A stretch of 64,000 bases of DNA from Candidatus Dormiibacterota bacterium (GCA_963748505.1 CAVVJH010000001.1:73124-137123); one strand, 5' to 3'; shown: positions 19,167 through 30,360, numbered from the stretch's first letter. The notes: generated by a model from the letters alone, not told the origin. A program made the numbers and translations.

Positions 19167-19943
19167 CTATTCCGGGGTCACGTATGCCGCCGTGAGTCCG
19201 CCGTCGACCAGGAATGTCGCGCCGTTCACATACGACGACTTGTCGCTCGCAAGGAAGAGCGCCGCATTGGCGATCTCGCGCGCCGTGGCCAGGCGGCCCA
19301 TCGGCAGGTGAATCCGTCGCCGCTCATAGGCAGCAGGATTATCGGAGAAAAGCCGCATCAACAATGGGGTTTCGACCGGTCCGGGACACAGCGCATTCAC
19401 ACGAACGCCCTGCCGCGCGAACTGGACGGCGAGCTCGCGACTCATCGACAGCACTGCCCCTTTGGACGCCGTGTACGCGATCTGTGAGGTGGCTGCGCCC
19501 ACCAATGCCACGAACGACGCGACGTTGATCACCGAGCCCGAATCGCGTTCCAGCAGATGGGGAATGCCGTATTTGCAGCACAGGAACACGCCGCGCGCGT
19601 TGACAGCCTGCACGCGATCCCACGCGTCGGCTTCGGTGATGAGGATCGAGTTGTCATCGGGCGGCATGATGCCCGCGTTGTTGTAGAGAATGTCGACACC
19701 GCCGTAGCGTTCGGCGGATTGTGCGTAGAGCGCTCGCACGCTTTCGGCGTCACTCACGTCGACCTCGATGAAGGCCGCTTCACGGCAGGCGGCGGCAGTC
19801 TGCTCGCCGGCTTCGCGACCGACGTCGGCCACGACCACGGAAGCACCTTCGGCGGAAAAGAGGATCGCTGCCTCGCGACCGATGCCGCCGCCGGCACCGG
19901 TGATCACCGCTACCTTGCCATCGAGCCGCCCCACTTCTGTCAA
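19167..19943 (-). CDS. SDR family oxidoreductase
   Basis: VAVITGAGGGIGREAA; NVASFVALVG...YTASKGAV. Confidence 0.9.
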   Translation of the reverse strand: MTEVGRLDGKVAVITGAGGGIGREAAILFSAEGASVVVADVGREAGEQTAAACREAAFIEVDVSDAESVRALYAQSAERYGGVDILYNNAGIMPPDDNSILITEADAWDRVQAVNARGVFLCCKYGIPHLLERDSGSVINVASFVALVGAATSQIAYTASKGAVLSMSRELAVQFARQGVRVNALCPGPVETPLLMRLFSDNPAAYERRRIHLPMGRLATAREIANAALFLASDKSSYVNGATFLVDGGLTAAYVTPE

Positions 19944-21292
19944 CCCTCCGTCGTGATGAACACGTTCTTGACCTCTGAGTAGCCGTCGAGCGCATTCATG
20001 CCGAGCTCGCGTCCGAAGCCAGACTGTTTGAACCCGCCGAACGGCGTCGACACCCGCACCGACGAATTGCTGTTGATCGATAGCACTCCGGTGTCGAGGG
20101 CACGCGCAACGCGCAGCGCGCGGGCACCATTGGTTGTCCAGATCGACCCTGACAATCCATAGGGCGTGTCATTGGCGATGCGGACCGCGTCCGCCTCATC
20201 GGTGAACGGAATGATCGCGGCGACCGGCCCGAAGACCTCGTCGCGCGCGATGCGATCGGAATTGGTCGCCTCGACCAGCGTGCACGGATACCAGAACCCG
20301 GGACCCTCCGGGATCGCTCCGCGAAAGAGCGGCTCACCTTCGACAAACGACGCCACCGTCTTGCGATGCGCCGCGGACACGAGCGGGCCCATCTCCGTCG
20401 ATGGATCCTCGGGATCGCCAACCCTGAGCGCGCCCGTGGCAGCGATCATCAGCGACACGAAGTGGTCATATGCCTCGCGCTGCACCAGAATCCGCGAGCG
20501 TGCGCAGCAATCCTGTCCGGCGTTGCCGAAGACCGCGTAGGGTGCCGCCGCGGCGGCTCGCTCCAGGTCGGCATCGGCGAAGATGACGTTCGCCGACTTG
20601 CCGCCCAGCTCGAGCGTCACGCGCTTGATGGTTTCCGCCGCACCGCGCATGACGCCGATACCGACCTCGGTCGATCCGGTGAACCCGATCTTCGCGACAT
20701 CGGGATGATGGATCAGCCGCTCCCCGACGATGCGACCGGGACCGACGATGACATTGAAGACACCTTCGGGAATACCGGCTTCCAGCGCGAGCTCGGCCAG
20801 ACGGATGGCCGACATAGGCGTGAGCTCGGCAGGTTTCAGCACGACGGTGTTGCCGCACGCGAGCGCGGGTCCGACTTTCCAGCTCGCGATATTGAGCGGG
20901 AAATTCCAGGGAACGATCAGCCCAACGACGCCCAGCGGCTCGCGGAAGGTCATGTCGATGCCGCCCGCGACTGGAATCGTCTGGCCGAAATGCTTATCCA
21001 CCGCGCCGGCGTAGTAGTGGAAGACCTCGGCGACCATGCCGACCTCCCCACGCGAGTCGGCGATCGGCTTGCCGACGTTGCGGGTCTCCAGCAGCGCGAG
21101 CTCCTCACGGTGGTCTTCGACGAGTTCGGCGAGCCGGCGCAGCAGACGCGCCCGATCCGAGGGCGCGACCGCGCGCCAGGCAGGGAACGCCGCTTTCGCC
21201 GCGGCAACCGCCCGGTCGGTTTCCTCAACGCCCGCCTGTTCCAGTTCGGCCACCGGCTGCTCGGTGGCCGGGTTCACCAAGCGCAGCGTCAT
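19940..21292 (-). CDS. NAD(P)-dependent aldehyde dehydrogenase
   Basis: ELGGKSANVIF, catalytic region GQDCCARSRILV, FGGFKQSGFGRE. Start taken at MTLRLVNP; the alternative at 21325 would overlap the GS-like gene by 37 nt. Confidence 0.9.
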   Translation of the reverse strand: MTLRLVNPATEQPVAELEQAGVEETDRAVAAAKAAFPAWRAVAPSDRARLLRRLAELVEDHREELALLETRNVGKPIADSRGEVGMVAEVFHYYAGAVDKHFGQTIPVAGGIDMTFREPLGVVGLIVPWNFPLNIASWKVGPALACGNTVVLKPAELTPMSAIRLAELALEAGIPEGVFNVIVGPGRIVGERLIHHPDVAKIGFTGSTEVGIGVMRGAAETIKRVTLELGGKSANVIFADADLERAAAAAPYAVFGNAGQDCCARSRILVQREAYDHFVSLMIAATGALRVGDPEDPSTEMGPLVSAAHRKTVASFVEGEPLFRGAIPEGPGFWYPCTLVEATNSDRIARDEVFGPVAAIIPFTDEADAVRIANDTPYGLSGSIWTTNGARALRVARALDTGVLSINSNSSVRVSTPFGGFKQSGFGRELGMNALDGYSEVKNVFITTEG

Positions 21293-22626
21293 CCGCGTTC
21301 GTAGAAGCGTTCGCGCTCGTAGCAAGTCACGGCGCGATCGAAGAGGCTCTGCTCGGTCCGTGCGTAGTTCAGGTAGTGGTCGACGACGTCGTCACCAAAT
21401 GCCGAGCGCGCGAACGTTCCACGCTCCAGCGCCGTGATCGCCTCGCTGAGCGTGTGCGGAAAGCGCTCCACATCGGACTCGTAGGCATTGCCCTCGAATG
21501 CGGGGCCGAGCTCGAGCTTGCGCTCGATGCCGTCGAGTCCGGCCGCCAGCAGTGCGGCGAACGCGAGGTACGGATTGGCATCTGCACCCGGGATGCGGCA
21601 CTCGACGCGGAGCGCATTCCCGTGACCGACCACACGGAACCCGCACGTCCGGTTGTCGTACCCCCACGCCAGCGTCGTCGGCGCCCAGCTGCCGGCTGCG
21701 TATCGCTTGTAGGAGTTGATATTCGGCGCCAGGAAGACCGCCAGCTCAGCCGAATGTGCGATCTGGCCGGCGACGTACTGATGGAAGAGGGGAGACTCGC
21801 CTGCGAAGACGCTGTTCTTGTCCTTCCAAAGGCTCGAATGGATGTGGCAGGAGCTGCCGATCCAGGTGTGATCGGGCTTGGCCATGAACGTGACCGAGCA
21901 TCCATGCTGGTGCGCGAGCTCCTTGATCCCATTCTTGTAGATGACGTGGTTGTCGGCCATGGTCACGGCATCGCTGTAGCGGAAGTTGATTTCCTGCTGG
22001 CCTGGCCAGGCCTCGCCTTTGGAGTTCTCCACCTTGATGCCCGCCGCCTGCATGCCATTGCGCACCGCGCGGATGAAGGGCTCGTCGTAGCTGGTCGCGA
22101 GGATGTGGTAGTCGAGGATGTACGGGACCGACGGGGTCAGACCGCGGTAGTGCTTCTCGTGCGCCTCCGCGAACGTCTCCTTGAGAAGATAGAACTCGAG
22201 CTCGGAACCGAACATCGGCTCGAATCCCAGCGCGCGCGAGCGCTCGACCTGCGCCTTGAGCACTTGCCGGGGTGACGGGCGCACCGGCGTCTTGTCGTTC
22301 CAGGCGACGTCGCAGAGCACGAGCGCTGTGCCCTCGAGCCAGGGGATTCGGCGCAGGGTCGCGAAGTCCGGCACCATGGAGAAATCCCCGTATCCACGCG
22401 CCCAACTGGCCATCTCGTAGCCGGGCACCGGGTCCATCTCCATCTCGAGCGCAAGCAGGTAGTTGCAGCCCTCGATGGGGTTGTTCGCCTCCGTCTCCTC
22501 GACGAAGAAGTGCGCCTCCATGCGCTTCCCCATCAAGCGCCCCTGCATGTCCGTGAAGGCGACGACGACCGTATCGATCTCGCCGGAATCGACCAGCGCG
22601 CTGAGTTCCTTAACCGTGAGCATCGT
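21289..22626 (-). CDS. glutamine synthetase family protein (gamma-glutamyl-amine synthetase, GlnA3/PuuA-like)
   Basis: GS catalytic-domain motifs (KPDHTWIGSSCHIHSSLW, NINSYKRY, GYDNRTCGFRV). Start MLTVKEL; its ATG overlaps the TGA of the upstream hydrolase gene. Confidence 0.9.
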   Translation of the reverse strand, partial: TMLTVKELSALVDSGEIDTVVVAFTDMQGRLMGKRMEAHFFVEETEANNPIEGCNYLLALEMEMDPVPGYEMASWARGYGDFSMVPDFATLRRIPWLEGTALVLCDVAWNDKTPVRPSPRQVLKAQVERSRALGFEPMFGSELEFYLLKETFAEAHEKHYRGLTPSVPYILDYHILATSYDEPFIRAVRNGMQAAGIKVENSKGEAWPGQQEINFRYSDAVTMADNHVIYKNGIKELAHQHGCSVTFMAKPDHTWIGSSCHIHSSLWKDKNSVFAGESPLFHQYVAGQIAHSAELAVFLAPNINSYKRYAAGSWAPTTLAWGYDNRTCGFRVVGHGNALRVECRIPGADANPYLAFAALLAAGLDGIERKLELGPAFEGNAYESDVERFPHTLSEAITALERGTFARSAFGDDVVDHYLNYARTEQSLFDRAVTCYERERFYERG

Positions 22627-23369
22627 CAGGCACCCTCGTGTTTGGTATCGGTTGCAACCGCACCGTTGTGCTCGTGTTCGGCGACCCGGTCGACAAAACG
22701 GGTGAAGAGCGCCATCGCCCAGCCCTCCTGGTTGAGCAGTTCCTCGGGATGGCACTGCACCGCGACGATCATCCCATCACCCGATTCGATGCCCTCGACA
22801 ATGCCGTCGGAGCTGTGCGCTGTCGCGTGGAGCCCAGGCGCGACGTCCTTGACCGACTGGTGATGCAGGCTGTTCACCATCACGCGGTCGCCGGGCGTGA
22901 CCATGGACAGCTCCGAACCGGGCACCACATCGATGGAATGTGCGAGCAGATCGCGCGGGTGTCCGTGCATGTCGTGCCCGTCGATGTGCTGCACCAGTGA
23001 ACCGCCGAGCGCAACGTTGATCACCTGCTGCCCGCGACAGATCCCGAAGACCGGCATCCCGCTATCGACGGCTGCGCGCACGAGTGCGATCTCCGTGAGG
23101 TCGAGCGGCGGGTCGACATTGGGCGTCTCCTCCTGGCGCGCTTCACCATAGGCAGGCGGATCGACATCCCATCCACCCGGAACCAGGAGCCCGTCGATGG
23201 CCCCCATCAGCGCGGTCGCGGCAGCGGCCGGCAGTCCGTCCGGAGCGGGGCTGAGCGTCACAGGCTCACCGCCGGCAGCCTCAACCGCGCGGAGATAGGG
23301 CGCGTAGTACGCGGGGCCACGCAGTGGACTGCAGGTCACACCGATCCTGGGCTTGGGCATGTGATGCAT
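22626..23369 (-). CDS. class I glutamine amidotransferase-like gamma-glutamyl hydrolase (PuuD-like)
   Basis: GICRGQQVINVALGGSL (Cys nucleophile) and HHQS region. Start at MHHMPKPRIGVT; the Ser-rich upstream extension is rejected. Confidence 0.85.
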   Translation of the reverse strand: MHHMPKPRIGVTCSPLRGPAYYAPYLRAVEAAGGEPVTLSPAPDGLPAAAATALMGAIDGLLVPGGWDVDPPAYGEARQEETPNVDPPLDLTEIALVRAAVDSGMPVFGICRGQQVINVALGGSLVQHIDGHDMHGHPRDLLAHSIDVVPGSELSMVTPGDRVMVNSLHHQSVKDVAPGLHATAHSSDGIVEGIESGDGMIVAVQCHPEELLNQEGWAMALFTRFVDRVAEHEHNGAVATDTKHEGA

Positions 23370-23430
23370 CCTTCGCGTGCTCGCGGCGCCGTCGCCGCGA
23401 GCACGCGTGGTAACTACTGAATTGAGCCTA

Positions 23431-24948
23431 TCAGCCTGCGAATCCGGCCTCGATCGACGCCAGCTCCTCGGGCGTGCCTTGCACCTTCGGCCCCTTGAAC
23501 CAACGGTGTGCGGACACCACCCACCAGATGGTCGTGCCCCCGAGCACCACCAGGAACGCCACCGGTGTGTAGTTGAAGTTGGTCCCGGAGACAGGGAAGG
23601 CGGTGGGGAGCAGGAACAGGATGCTGATGAAGACGATCCAGACGACGGCGATGATGCCGATCGGCTTGCTCCACCTGCCGAGATGCCACGGTCCGCGCTG
23701 GAAGCTGTCACCGGCGCGGAGCCGGAGGAATATCGGGATGCCGTATGCGACGTAGAGGCCGATGACCGCGATCGAGATCACTGCCGCATACGCATACGCG
23801 TTGAACAGATAGGGCAGGAAGAGGATGAACGCACCGACCACCGCCAGCCAGATCGAGTTGGTTGGGGTGCGCGTGCGCTTGTTGATCTTGCTCCAGAGCT
23901 GGTGGCCGGGGACCGCGCCGTCACGTGAGAAGGCGTAGATCATTCGCGAGTTCGCGGTGACCGATGACATGCCGCAGTAGAACTGCGCGCCAATTGCGAT
24001 CAGCAGCAGGAACTGGCCGGTCGCACCACCAGCGGCGTCGATGAAGATCTGCGCCGCAGGGACGACTGCGGTCGATTCCGCCGTGTAGTTCTGAATCGCC
24101 GAGGTGACGCCGATGAGGAGGATCCAGCCTGCGATCAGCGAGACGACGATCGACAGCACGATGCCGCGCGGACCGGCGGTCGCTGCGTTCCTGGTCTCCT
24201 CAGTCATGTGCGCTGACGCGTCGTAGCCGGTGAAGGTGTACTGCGCGAGCAGCAACCCGATCAGGAAGACATAGACGATGTTCCCAGGGAAGGTTGCTCC
24301 GGTGCCGTTGTTGAAGTGCGTGAAGATGAAGCTGATCGACTGGTGGTGCTTGGGCACGATCAGCAGAACGCCGACGATGACGACGACGCCGATGATGTGC
24401 CACCACACCGAGATGTCGTTGAGCAGCGCGACAATCCGGATCCCGAACGTGTTGAGCAGCCCGTGCAGGATCAGCGCGACCGCGAACACGAGGAGCACGT
24501 GCGGCGGATCGTTGGGATAGCCGAACCAGTTGTTCATGAACGCCGTGGCGAACAGTGCGAGGCCACCGTCGATGCCGGCGGTGACCGCCACCTGCCCGAC
24601 CAGGTTGAACCAGCCGGTGAACCAGCTCCAGGCTGCGGCGTTCTTCCCGCCGAGCTTTGCCGACCAGTAGTAGAGGCCACCGGCGGTTGGGTAGCTCGAG
24701 CAGACCTCGGCCATCGCCAGGCCGACGATCGTGACCATGATGCCGACCACCGGCCAGCCGATGTTCATGTCGATCGGGCCACCGTTGAACATCGCAACCC
24801 CGTACGCGGTGAGACATCCGGAAAGGATCGAGATGATGGTGAACGACACCGCGAAGTTGGAGAAGCCCCCCATCCTGCGCAGCAGTTCCTGGGCATAGCC
24901 CAGCTTGTGCAGGGTTTCGGTATCGCTATCCATAGGCTGGACGGTCAT
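23431..24948 (-). CDS. APC-superfamily amino acid/polyamine permease
   Basis: 12-TM protein with AYGVAMFNGGPIDMN... and GFSNFAVSFTIISILSG. Start at MTVQPMD. Uninterrupted. Confidence 0.85.
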   Translation of the reverse strand: MTVQPMDSDTETLHKLGYAQELLRRMGGFSNFAVSFTIISILSGCLTAYGVAMFNGGPIDMNIGWPVVGIMVTIVGLAMAEVCSSYPTAGGLYYWSAKLGGKNAAAWSWFTGWFNLVGQVAVTAGIDGGLALFATAFMNNWFGYPNDPPHVLLVFAVALILHGLLNTFGIRIVALLNDISVWWHIIGVVVIVGVLLIVPKHHQSISFIFTHFNNGTGATFPGNIVYVFLIGLLLAQYTFTGYDASAHMTEETRNAATAGPRGIVLSIVVSLIAGWILLIGVTSAIQNYTAESTAVVPAAQIFIDAAGGATGQFLLLIAIGAQFYCGMSSVTANSRMIYAFSRDGAVPGHQLWSKINKRTRTPTNSIWLAVVGAFILFLPYLFNAYAYAAVISIAVIGLYVAYGIPIFLRLRAGDSFQRGPWHLGRWSKPIGIIAVVWIVFISILFLLPTAFPVSGTNFNYTPVAFLVVLGGTTIWWVVSAHRWFKGPKVQGTPEELASIEAGFAG

Positions 24949-25064
24949 CGGCTCATCTCCCCATGCGGTCCGGTTGGTGCGCGCACAGTAGCAGCGCCCC
25001 TGCACGAGCGTCAACAAATTTATCGGGTGGACCCGATCGCGTTCAAACTGTAAGAATCCTTTCG

Positions 25065-25931
25065 ATGCCTGAGTTCCTCGTCGGCGAGTTGGTCCGGCAG
25101 CGGATGGGGGCGCTCAGCGCGTCAGAGCGCCGGCTCGCGCAAGTGCTCCTTGCGTTCTATCCCGTGGCCGGACTCGAGAGCCTGACCCGATTCGCGGAGC
25201 GAGCGGGCGTCAGCCCGGCGACCGTCACCCGGTTCATCACGAAACTGGGCCTGCGCGGCTATCCGGAGTTCCAGGACTCCCTGCGCGAGGAGCTGCAGGC
25301 GCGCCTCAGCTCACCGGTTGCCCGCTACGAGCTGACGCCGCCCGACGGCGCGAGCGACTCGGGCCTGCAGGATGCCTTCGTCACCTTCGAACACAGCCTT
25401 CGAGCCAGCCGCGACCTGCTGTCGGAGCACGATTTCGACGCGGTGGTCGAGCTGCTGGCGGATCCGCGCCGTCGAGTCCTGTCGCTGGGCGGTCGCCTGA
25501 GCTCGTTCCTCGCGCGCTACCTCGCGAGCCAGCTGCACCTCATTCGCGCGGGTGTCGAACTCATCGACCCGGAGCGCAGCAATCCCGCGGATCACCTTGT
25601 CGACCTGGGGCGCCGCGACATCCTGGTGGTGTTCGACTACCGCCGCTATCAGAGCGACACGATCACCAGTGCCAAGGTCGCAGCGGGGCGGGGGAGCACG
25701 GTGGTGCTGGTGACCGACCCGTGGCTGTCGCCGGCGGCTGCGTCAGCGCGCTACGTCCTGGTGACCGGCGTGCAGGCGACGGTTGCGCCATTTGACTCGA
25801 TGGTCTCGGCGGTGGCGCTCACCGAGGCGCTGATTGCCGGCGTGCTTGCGAGGCTTGGTGAGACGGCGCACGCTCGTATGCGACGCATGGACGAGCTTCG
25901 GGGTGGCATCGTCTACGGCGATGGTCCGTGA
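25065..25931 (+). CDS. MurR/RpiR family transcriptional regulator (HTH + SIS domain)
   Basis: N-terminal HTH (RFAERAGVSPATVTRFITKLGLRGYPEF), C-terminal SIS (RRRVLSLGGRLSSFLARYLA). Divergent from the Puu-like operon. Confidence 0.8.
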   Translation: MPEFLVGELVRQRMGALSASERRLAQVLLAFYPVAGLESLTRFAERAGVSPATVTRFITKLGLRGYPEFQDSLREELQARLSSPVARYELTPPDGASDSGLQDAFVTFEHSLRASRDLLSEHDFDAVVELLADPRRRVLSLGGRLSSFLARYLASQLHLIRAGVELIDPERSNPADHLVDLGRRDILVVFDYRRYQSDTITSAKVAAGRGSTVVLVTDPWLSPAAASARYVLVTGVQATVAPFDSMVSAVALTEALIAGVLARLGETAHARMRRMDELRGGIVYGDGP

Positions 25932-25946
25932 GCGCGCAGTGAGCCG

Positions 25947-26562
25947 ATGATCAGCGAACGTCTGGAGCTGGCCGACTGGCGCCGGCGGGTGAGCCAGCTG
26001 TATGCAGACGGTGCGAGCCAACCCTGATCCCGCCGACGCATGGATGCACTGGCGCGCGGTTCGCGACCGGCTCTTCCGAGACCATCCGCAGAGCGCCGTC
26101 CCTGCGGCGGAACGGGGCGACAACACCGTGCCCATCTATTACGACTACGACCCGGCCTTGCGCGCGGTCGCCGACGTCGACAGCGCAGACGGCGCCACCT
26201 TCGAACTTCCAGGATCGACTGCCGGCCACGTCACCGCGGAGCGAGCCGGAACGGCGCGCTTTGCGTTGCGCGGAGCGCCGGTGAGCTTGTCGATGTTCTG
26301 GCTGCTCGATTACTCGGGCGGGTTCTTTCTCTCCTATCGCGACGTCACGTCCGGCACCGAAACGTATGGTGCCGGGCGGTATCTCCTCGATACCGCGAAG
26401 AGCGCAGACCTGGGCGTCGATCCGGACGGCCGGCTCATCCTCGACTTCAACTTCTCGTATCAACCCTCCTGCAGCTATGACCCGCAGTGGAGTTGCCCGC
26501 TGCCGCCGCGCGAGAACTGGTTGCAGATTCCGATTCGCGCCGGCGAGCGATACCGGGGCTGA
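25947..26562 (+). CDS. DUF1684 family protein; one apparent frameshift near 26015
   Basis: N-terminus MISERLELADWRRRVSQLYADG in one frame. The remainder (RLILDFNFSYQPSCSYDPQWSCPLPPRENWLQIPIRAGERY) is in ORF 26002..26562. Confidence 0.65.
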
Positions 26563-28076
26563 TCAGAAGAGCGAGGGAATCACTGCCTCGATGAGGTGCG
26601 GGCCCGGCTCGGCAAAGGCACGCTCGAGGTCGGCTGCGAATGCCTCGGCGGTTGCAGGGCGCGTTGCGGGCACGCCAAAACCCTGTGCCAGCGCCACGAA
26701 GTCGATATCGGGCGGCGAGATGTCGAGCATCTCCAGCGCACGCTGACCGGATGCGGTCGCGCCGACGCGAGCGAGCTCCATCCGCAGGATCGCGTAGCGA
26801 CGGTTGCTGAAAATGACTGTGGTGACGTTGAGTTGATGACGTGCCATCGTCCACAGCGACTGCAGCGTGTAGAGCGCCGACCCGTCAGCTTCGAGCGCGA
26901 GCACGGGGCGGTCCGGGCACGCGATGGCAGCACCGAGCGCGACCGGAAGTCCCTGACCGATCGACCCGCCGGTGAGCGCGAGCCAATCGTGGGGGCGCGA
27001 CCCCGCGGTCATCGCGGGGAGAAACGTACCGCTGGTGTTGGCCTCATCGGAGACGATTGCGCCCTCGGGCAGGAGCGCGCCGACTGCCTGCGCAATGGAC
27101 TCAGCGCCCAGTGCGCCGGTGGGTCGACCAGGCAGCGGCGCACTCGGCACCGGCGCGTCGGCGGCGGCGCCAAGCGCGTCGGCGACCGCCTCGAGCGCCG
27201 CGACCGCATCCTCGTCCCCGCGCGCCAGCACATGGACTTCGCAGCCTTCCGGCACGAGATCGCTCGGCTTTCCCGGATAGGCGAAGAACGAGACCGGCGA
27301 CTTGGTGTCGACCAGGATGAGGTGGCGCAGGCCGTCGAGCTGGCTGCGTCGCCATCTCCGCGAGGTACGCGAGGCGTGGATCACCGGGGTACCCGGCGCC
27401 TCGCTCCGCTCGCGCTGCGAATGTCTCTGCCAGCACGTCCGGCGCCCGTCGCCGCGCGCAATGCGCGCGGCTGCGCGCATCCCGGACTGCGCGCATCGCG
27501 CTGCCACCGAGCAGCAGCCCGACGTCCTCGCCTGACGCAGGAGGCTGCGACGACGGCTCATCGATCGTCGCCTCGGCACCGTGGCGCGTGGCGTTCGCTG
27601 CACCGGGCCCGACGACCAAGCCACCCTCGGACCACGAGACGTCGGCCGGGAGGATGAGCGTGGCGACCTGCCCGGGAGGACCGCACGCGGCGGCGACGGC
27701 GGCCGCCGCATCGGCGCCGGCATCCTCCGGACGTGCATGCTGGTGCGGATCCACGACGACACGTTGCGCGCGACCGTCTCGATGTCCGATTCCAGAGGTG
27801 CGTCGTAGCGCTGGTGGTAGGTGGCGTGGTCGCCGACGATGGTGACGACCGGCGCGTGGCTTCGCCGTGCGTTGTGCAGATTGGCGAGCCCGTTGCCGAG
27901 ACCCGGACCCAGGTGCAGGAGCACCGCGGCAGGGACTCCGCGCATGCGCCCGTACCCGTCGGCTGCGCCGGTGGCCGCGCCTTCGAACAAGCGTCGAGCA
28001 CGCCGCGCATCTCGGGCACCGCGTCAAGCGTGGCGACGAAATGCATCTCGGATGTGCCCGGGTTGGCGAACACCAC
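26563..28076 (-). pseudogene. thiamine-diphosphate-dependent enzyme (acetolactate-synthase-like), at least 2 apparent frameshifts
   Basis: N-terminus VFANPGTSEMHFVATLDAVPEMRGVL in ORF 27558..28076. Middle and the TPP-binding C-terminus (GGSIGQGLPVALGAAIA...LALEADGSALYTLQSLWT) in ORF 26563..27990. Confidence 0.6.
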
Positions 28077-28099
28077 GTCGACGCCAGATGCCGACGAGG

Positions 28100-29532
28100 C
28101 TGCGGACCAGCGCCTCGCCGCCGATCAGCGGTGCTCGCCGGTGTCGCCGCAGCCGGGTCGAACAGCACGCCGGGATTGAGGATGCCGTCCGGGTCGAACG
28201 CGGTCTTGATGCGTGCCATCAGCGCCAGCTTGGCCGGGTCCTCGAGCGCCAGGAAGTGGCTGCGCTTGTCGGTGCCGATGCCGTGTTCGCCGGATACCGC
28301 GCCGCCGAGCGAGGCGCCTGCGGTGAAGACGCTCGCGGAGCACCTGCGTCGAGCCGCTCCGGGTCGGACTGAAACACCGAAAGGTGCACGTTGCCGTCAC
28401 CCGCGTGCCCGCAGCCGATGACCATCGGAGCCCGACCGGCGCAATTACCGGACACTTTTGCCAGAAACTCGGGGATCTGGGCGCGCGGGACGACCGTGTC
28501 GATGATCTCGTTGGCGCCTGCCGCTTTCGCGGCGAAGAAGGCGCGCTCGCGTGCCTCGATGAGGTTGGACGCGGCCCGGGGCGGGAGCACGAAGACGTCG
28601 AGCGCGCCGAGCGTGGTGATGAGGTCGCCGAGCTGCTCGATGTCCTCGTCGAGTCGGCCCGTGATCGCGCAACTCGAGGACCACGACCAGGTATGCATGC
28701 GCGACCTCCTTGACGGCGGCGCCGATGCCGAGGTCGAGCCGCGCGCAGCGGTGATGGCCGCCATCGACATCATGTCGATGTACTCGAGGATCATCGGCGC
28801 AGCGCCACTCTGCACGATTCTCGGCACCGCCTTGGCCACCTCCGCCACGGTGCGGAAAGGGCGCGAGCACCGTCGCCGCATGCGGCAGACGCGGGTAGAG
28901 ACGCAGCGTCGCCTCGGTCACGATGGCAAGGGTGCCTTCCGATCCGACGATGAACTGCGTGAGGTCGTAGCCGGAGGTCGACTTCACGAACTTGCCGCCG
29001 GTGCGGATGACCTCGCCGGTCCCGAGCACCGCTTCGAGGCCCGAGGGCCTGATGTCGCGTGACCCCGTATTTCACGGCGCGCATGCCGCCTGCGTTGGTC
29101 GCCACGGTGCCGCCCAGGCTTGCGCCTGCTCTCTCCCGGAAACACCGGGTAGACGAGGCCATGCCGGGCCGTCGCCTCATCCAGCTCGCGCAGGTTCACG
29201 CCCGGCTGCACGACCGCGACCTGGTTGTCGACATCGATCTCGAGGATCCGCTCATCTCCCGAAAGGCGATGAGGATGCCGCCCTCGCGCGGCACGCACGC
29301 ACCGGCAAGTCCCGTGCCGGAGACCACGCGCCGTGACGGGCATCGCGAACTCGCGGGCGATGGTGATGATCTCGGCGACCTCTGCCGCGGAATGGGGGAG
29401 GACGACCACGTCAGGCGCGTGCCAGATCGCGTGAGCGATTCGTCGTGCCAGTCGTCCTCGCTGACCTCCGTGCCGGTCAGGACACGCGCGGGTCCGAGCA
29501 GACGCGGTGAGCTTGTCGACGGCGCTCAGCAT
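28100..29532 (-). pseudogene. FAD-linked oxidase (GlcD/D-lactate dehydrogenase-like), at least 4 apparent frameshifts
   Basis: PCMH FAD-binding N-terminus (ORF 28984..29532), GTGEVIRTGGKFVKSTSGYDLTQ (ORF 28445..29029), C-terminal domain (ORF 28219..28881) and tail MARIKTAFDPDGILNPGVLF (ORF 27101..28219) lie in different frames. Confidence 0.55.
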
Positions 29533-29541
29533 CGAGCGGGC

Positions 29542-30335
29542 CTACGAACCGGTGAACGTCGCCCGACGTTTCTCGAGAAACGCGCCCACCCCTTCCAGCG
29601 AAGTCTGCCGTCGTGGTCGCCTCGGTCTGGAGCCGCTCCTCGAGGGCGAGTTGCGCGTCGAGGTCGTTGTGCGCGGATGCCGCCAGCGCTTGCTTGGTGA
29701 GCGCGATCGACCGTGGGCCCACGCGCCAGGCGCGTCGCGATCTCCGTGGTCACCGGCATGAGATCGCGCATCCGGCACGACGCGGTTGACGATGCCGTAC
29801 TGCAGCGCCCGTGCCGCATCAACCGTCTCGCCGAGCATGGTCGAGCTCGGCCGCTCGCGCCGGCCCGATGAGCCGCGGCAGGAAGTAGGTGCTGCGCCAT
29901 GTCCGGGATCAGCCCGATGCGCACGAATGCCTGCACGAATGTCGCCGAACTCTCCGGCGATGCGCAGGTCGCAGGCAAGGGCGAGCGAGAAACCGGCACC
30001 TGCGGCGACGCCGTTCACCGCGGCGATCACCGGTTGGTCCATCGACCGGATCGCGCGGATCGCCGGGGCGTAGTGGTCGCGCAGGACGGCGCCCACGTCC
30101 AGGCCGCCGTGCGCCGGTGCGGCGCGCAGGTCCTGGCCGCTGCAGAAACCGCGGCCGGCGCCGGTGATGATCACAGCGCGAACCGTCACGACCGGACGCG
30201 GCGTCGCGCAGCGGCTGCGGTGACCTCGTCCAGCAATGCCGGGGTGATCGCGTTCAGCACTTCGGGCCGGTTGAGCGTGAGCGTCAGCACGCCGTCGGTG
30301 ATCGATTGCAGGAGTTGCGGGGTGCTGGGCGCGAT
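29542..30335 (-). pseudogene. enoyl-CoA hydratase/isomerase (crotonase) family, at least 2 apparent frameshifts
   Basis: N-terminus ITDGVLTLTLNRPEVLNAITPALLDEV (ORF 30186..30440). Core VRAVIITGAGRGFCSGQDL...AAVNGVAAGAGFSLALACDLRIA plus tail GVGAFLEKRRATF (ORF 29542..30189). Middle segment in ORF 29526..29999. Upper boundary approximate. Confidence 0.55.
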
Positions 30336-30360
30336 GCTTCGGCGGTCATCGCGGCGAACT

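Noticed and set aside
22626-23711. N-terminal 114-aa Ser/Pro-rich extension of the PuuD-like hydrolase ORF
   Set aside because: Low complexity. Conserved GATase fold begins at MHHMPKPRIGVT. The extension would overlap the intergenic region upstream of the permease gene.
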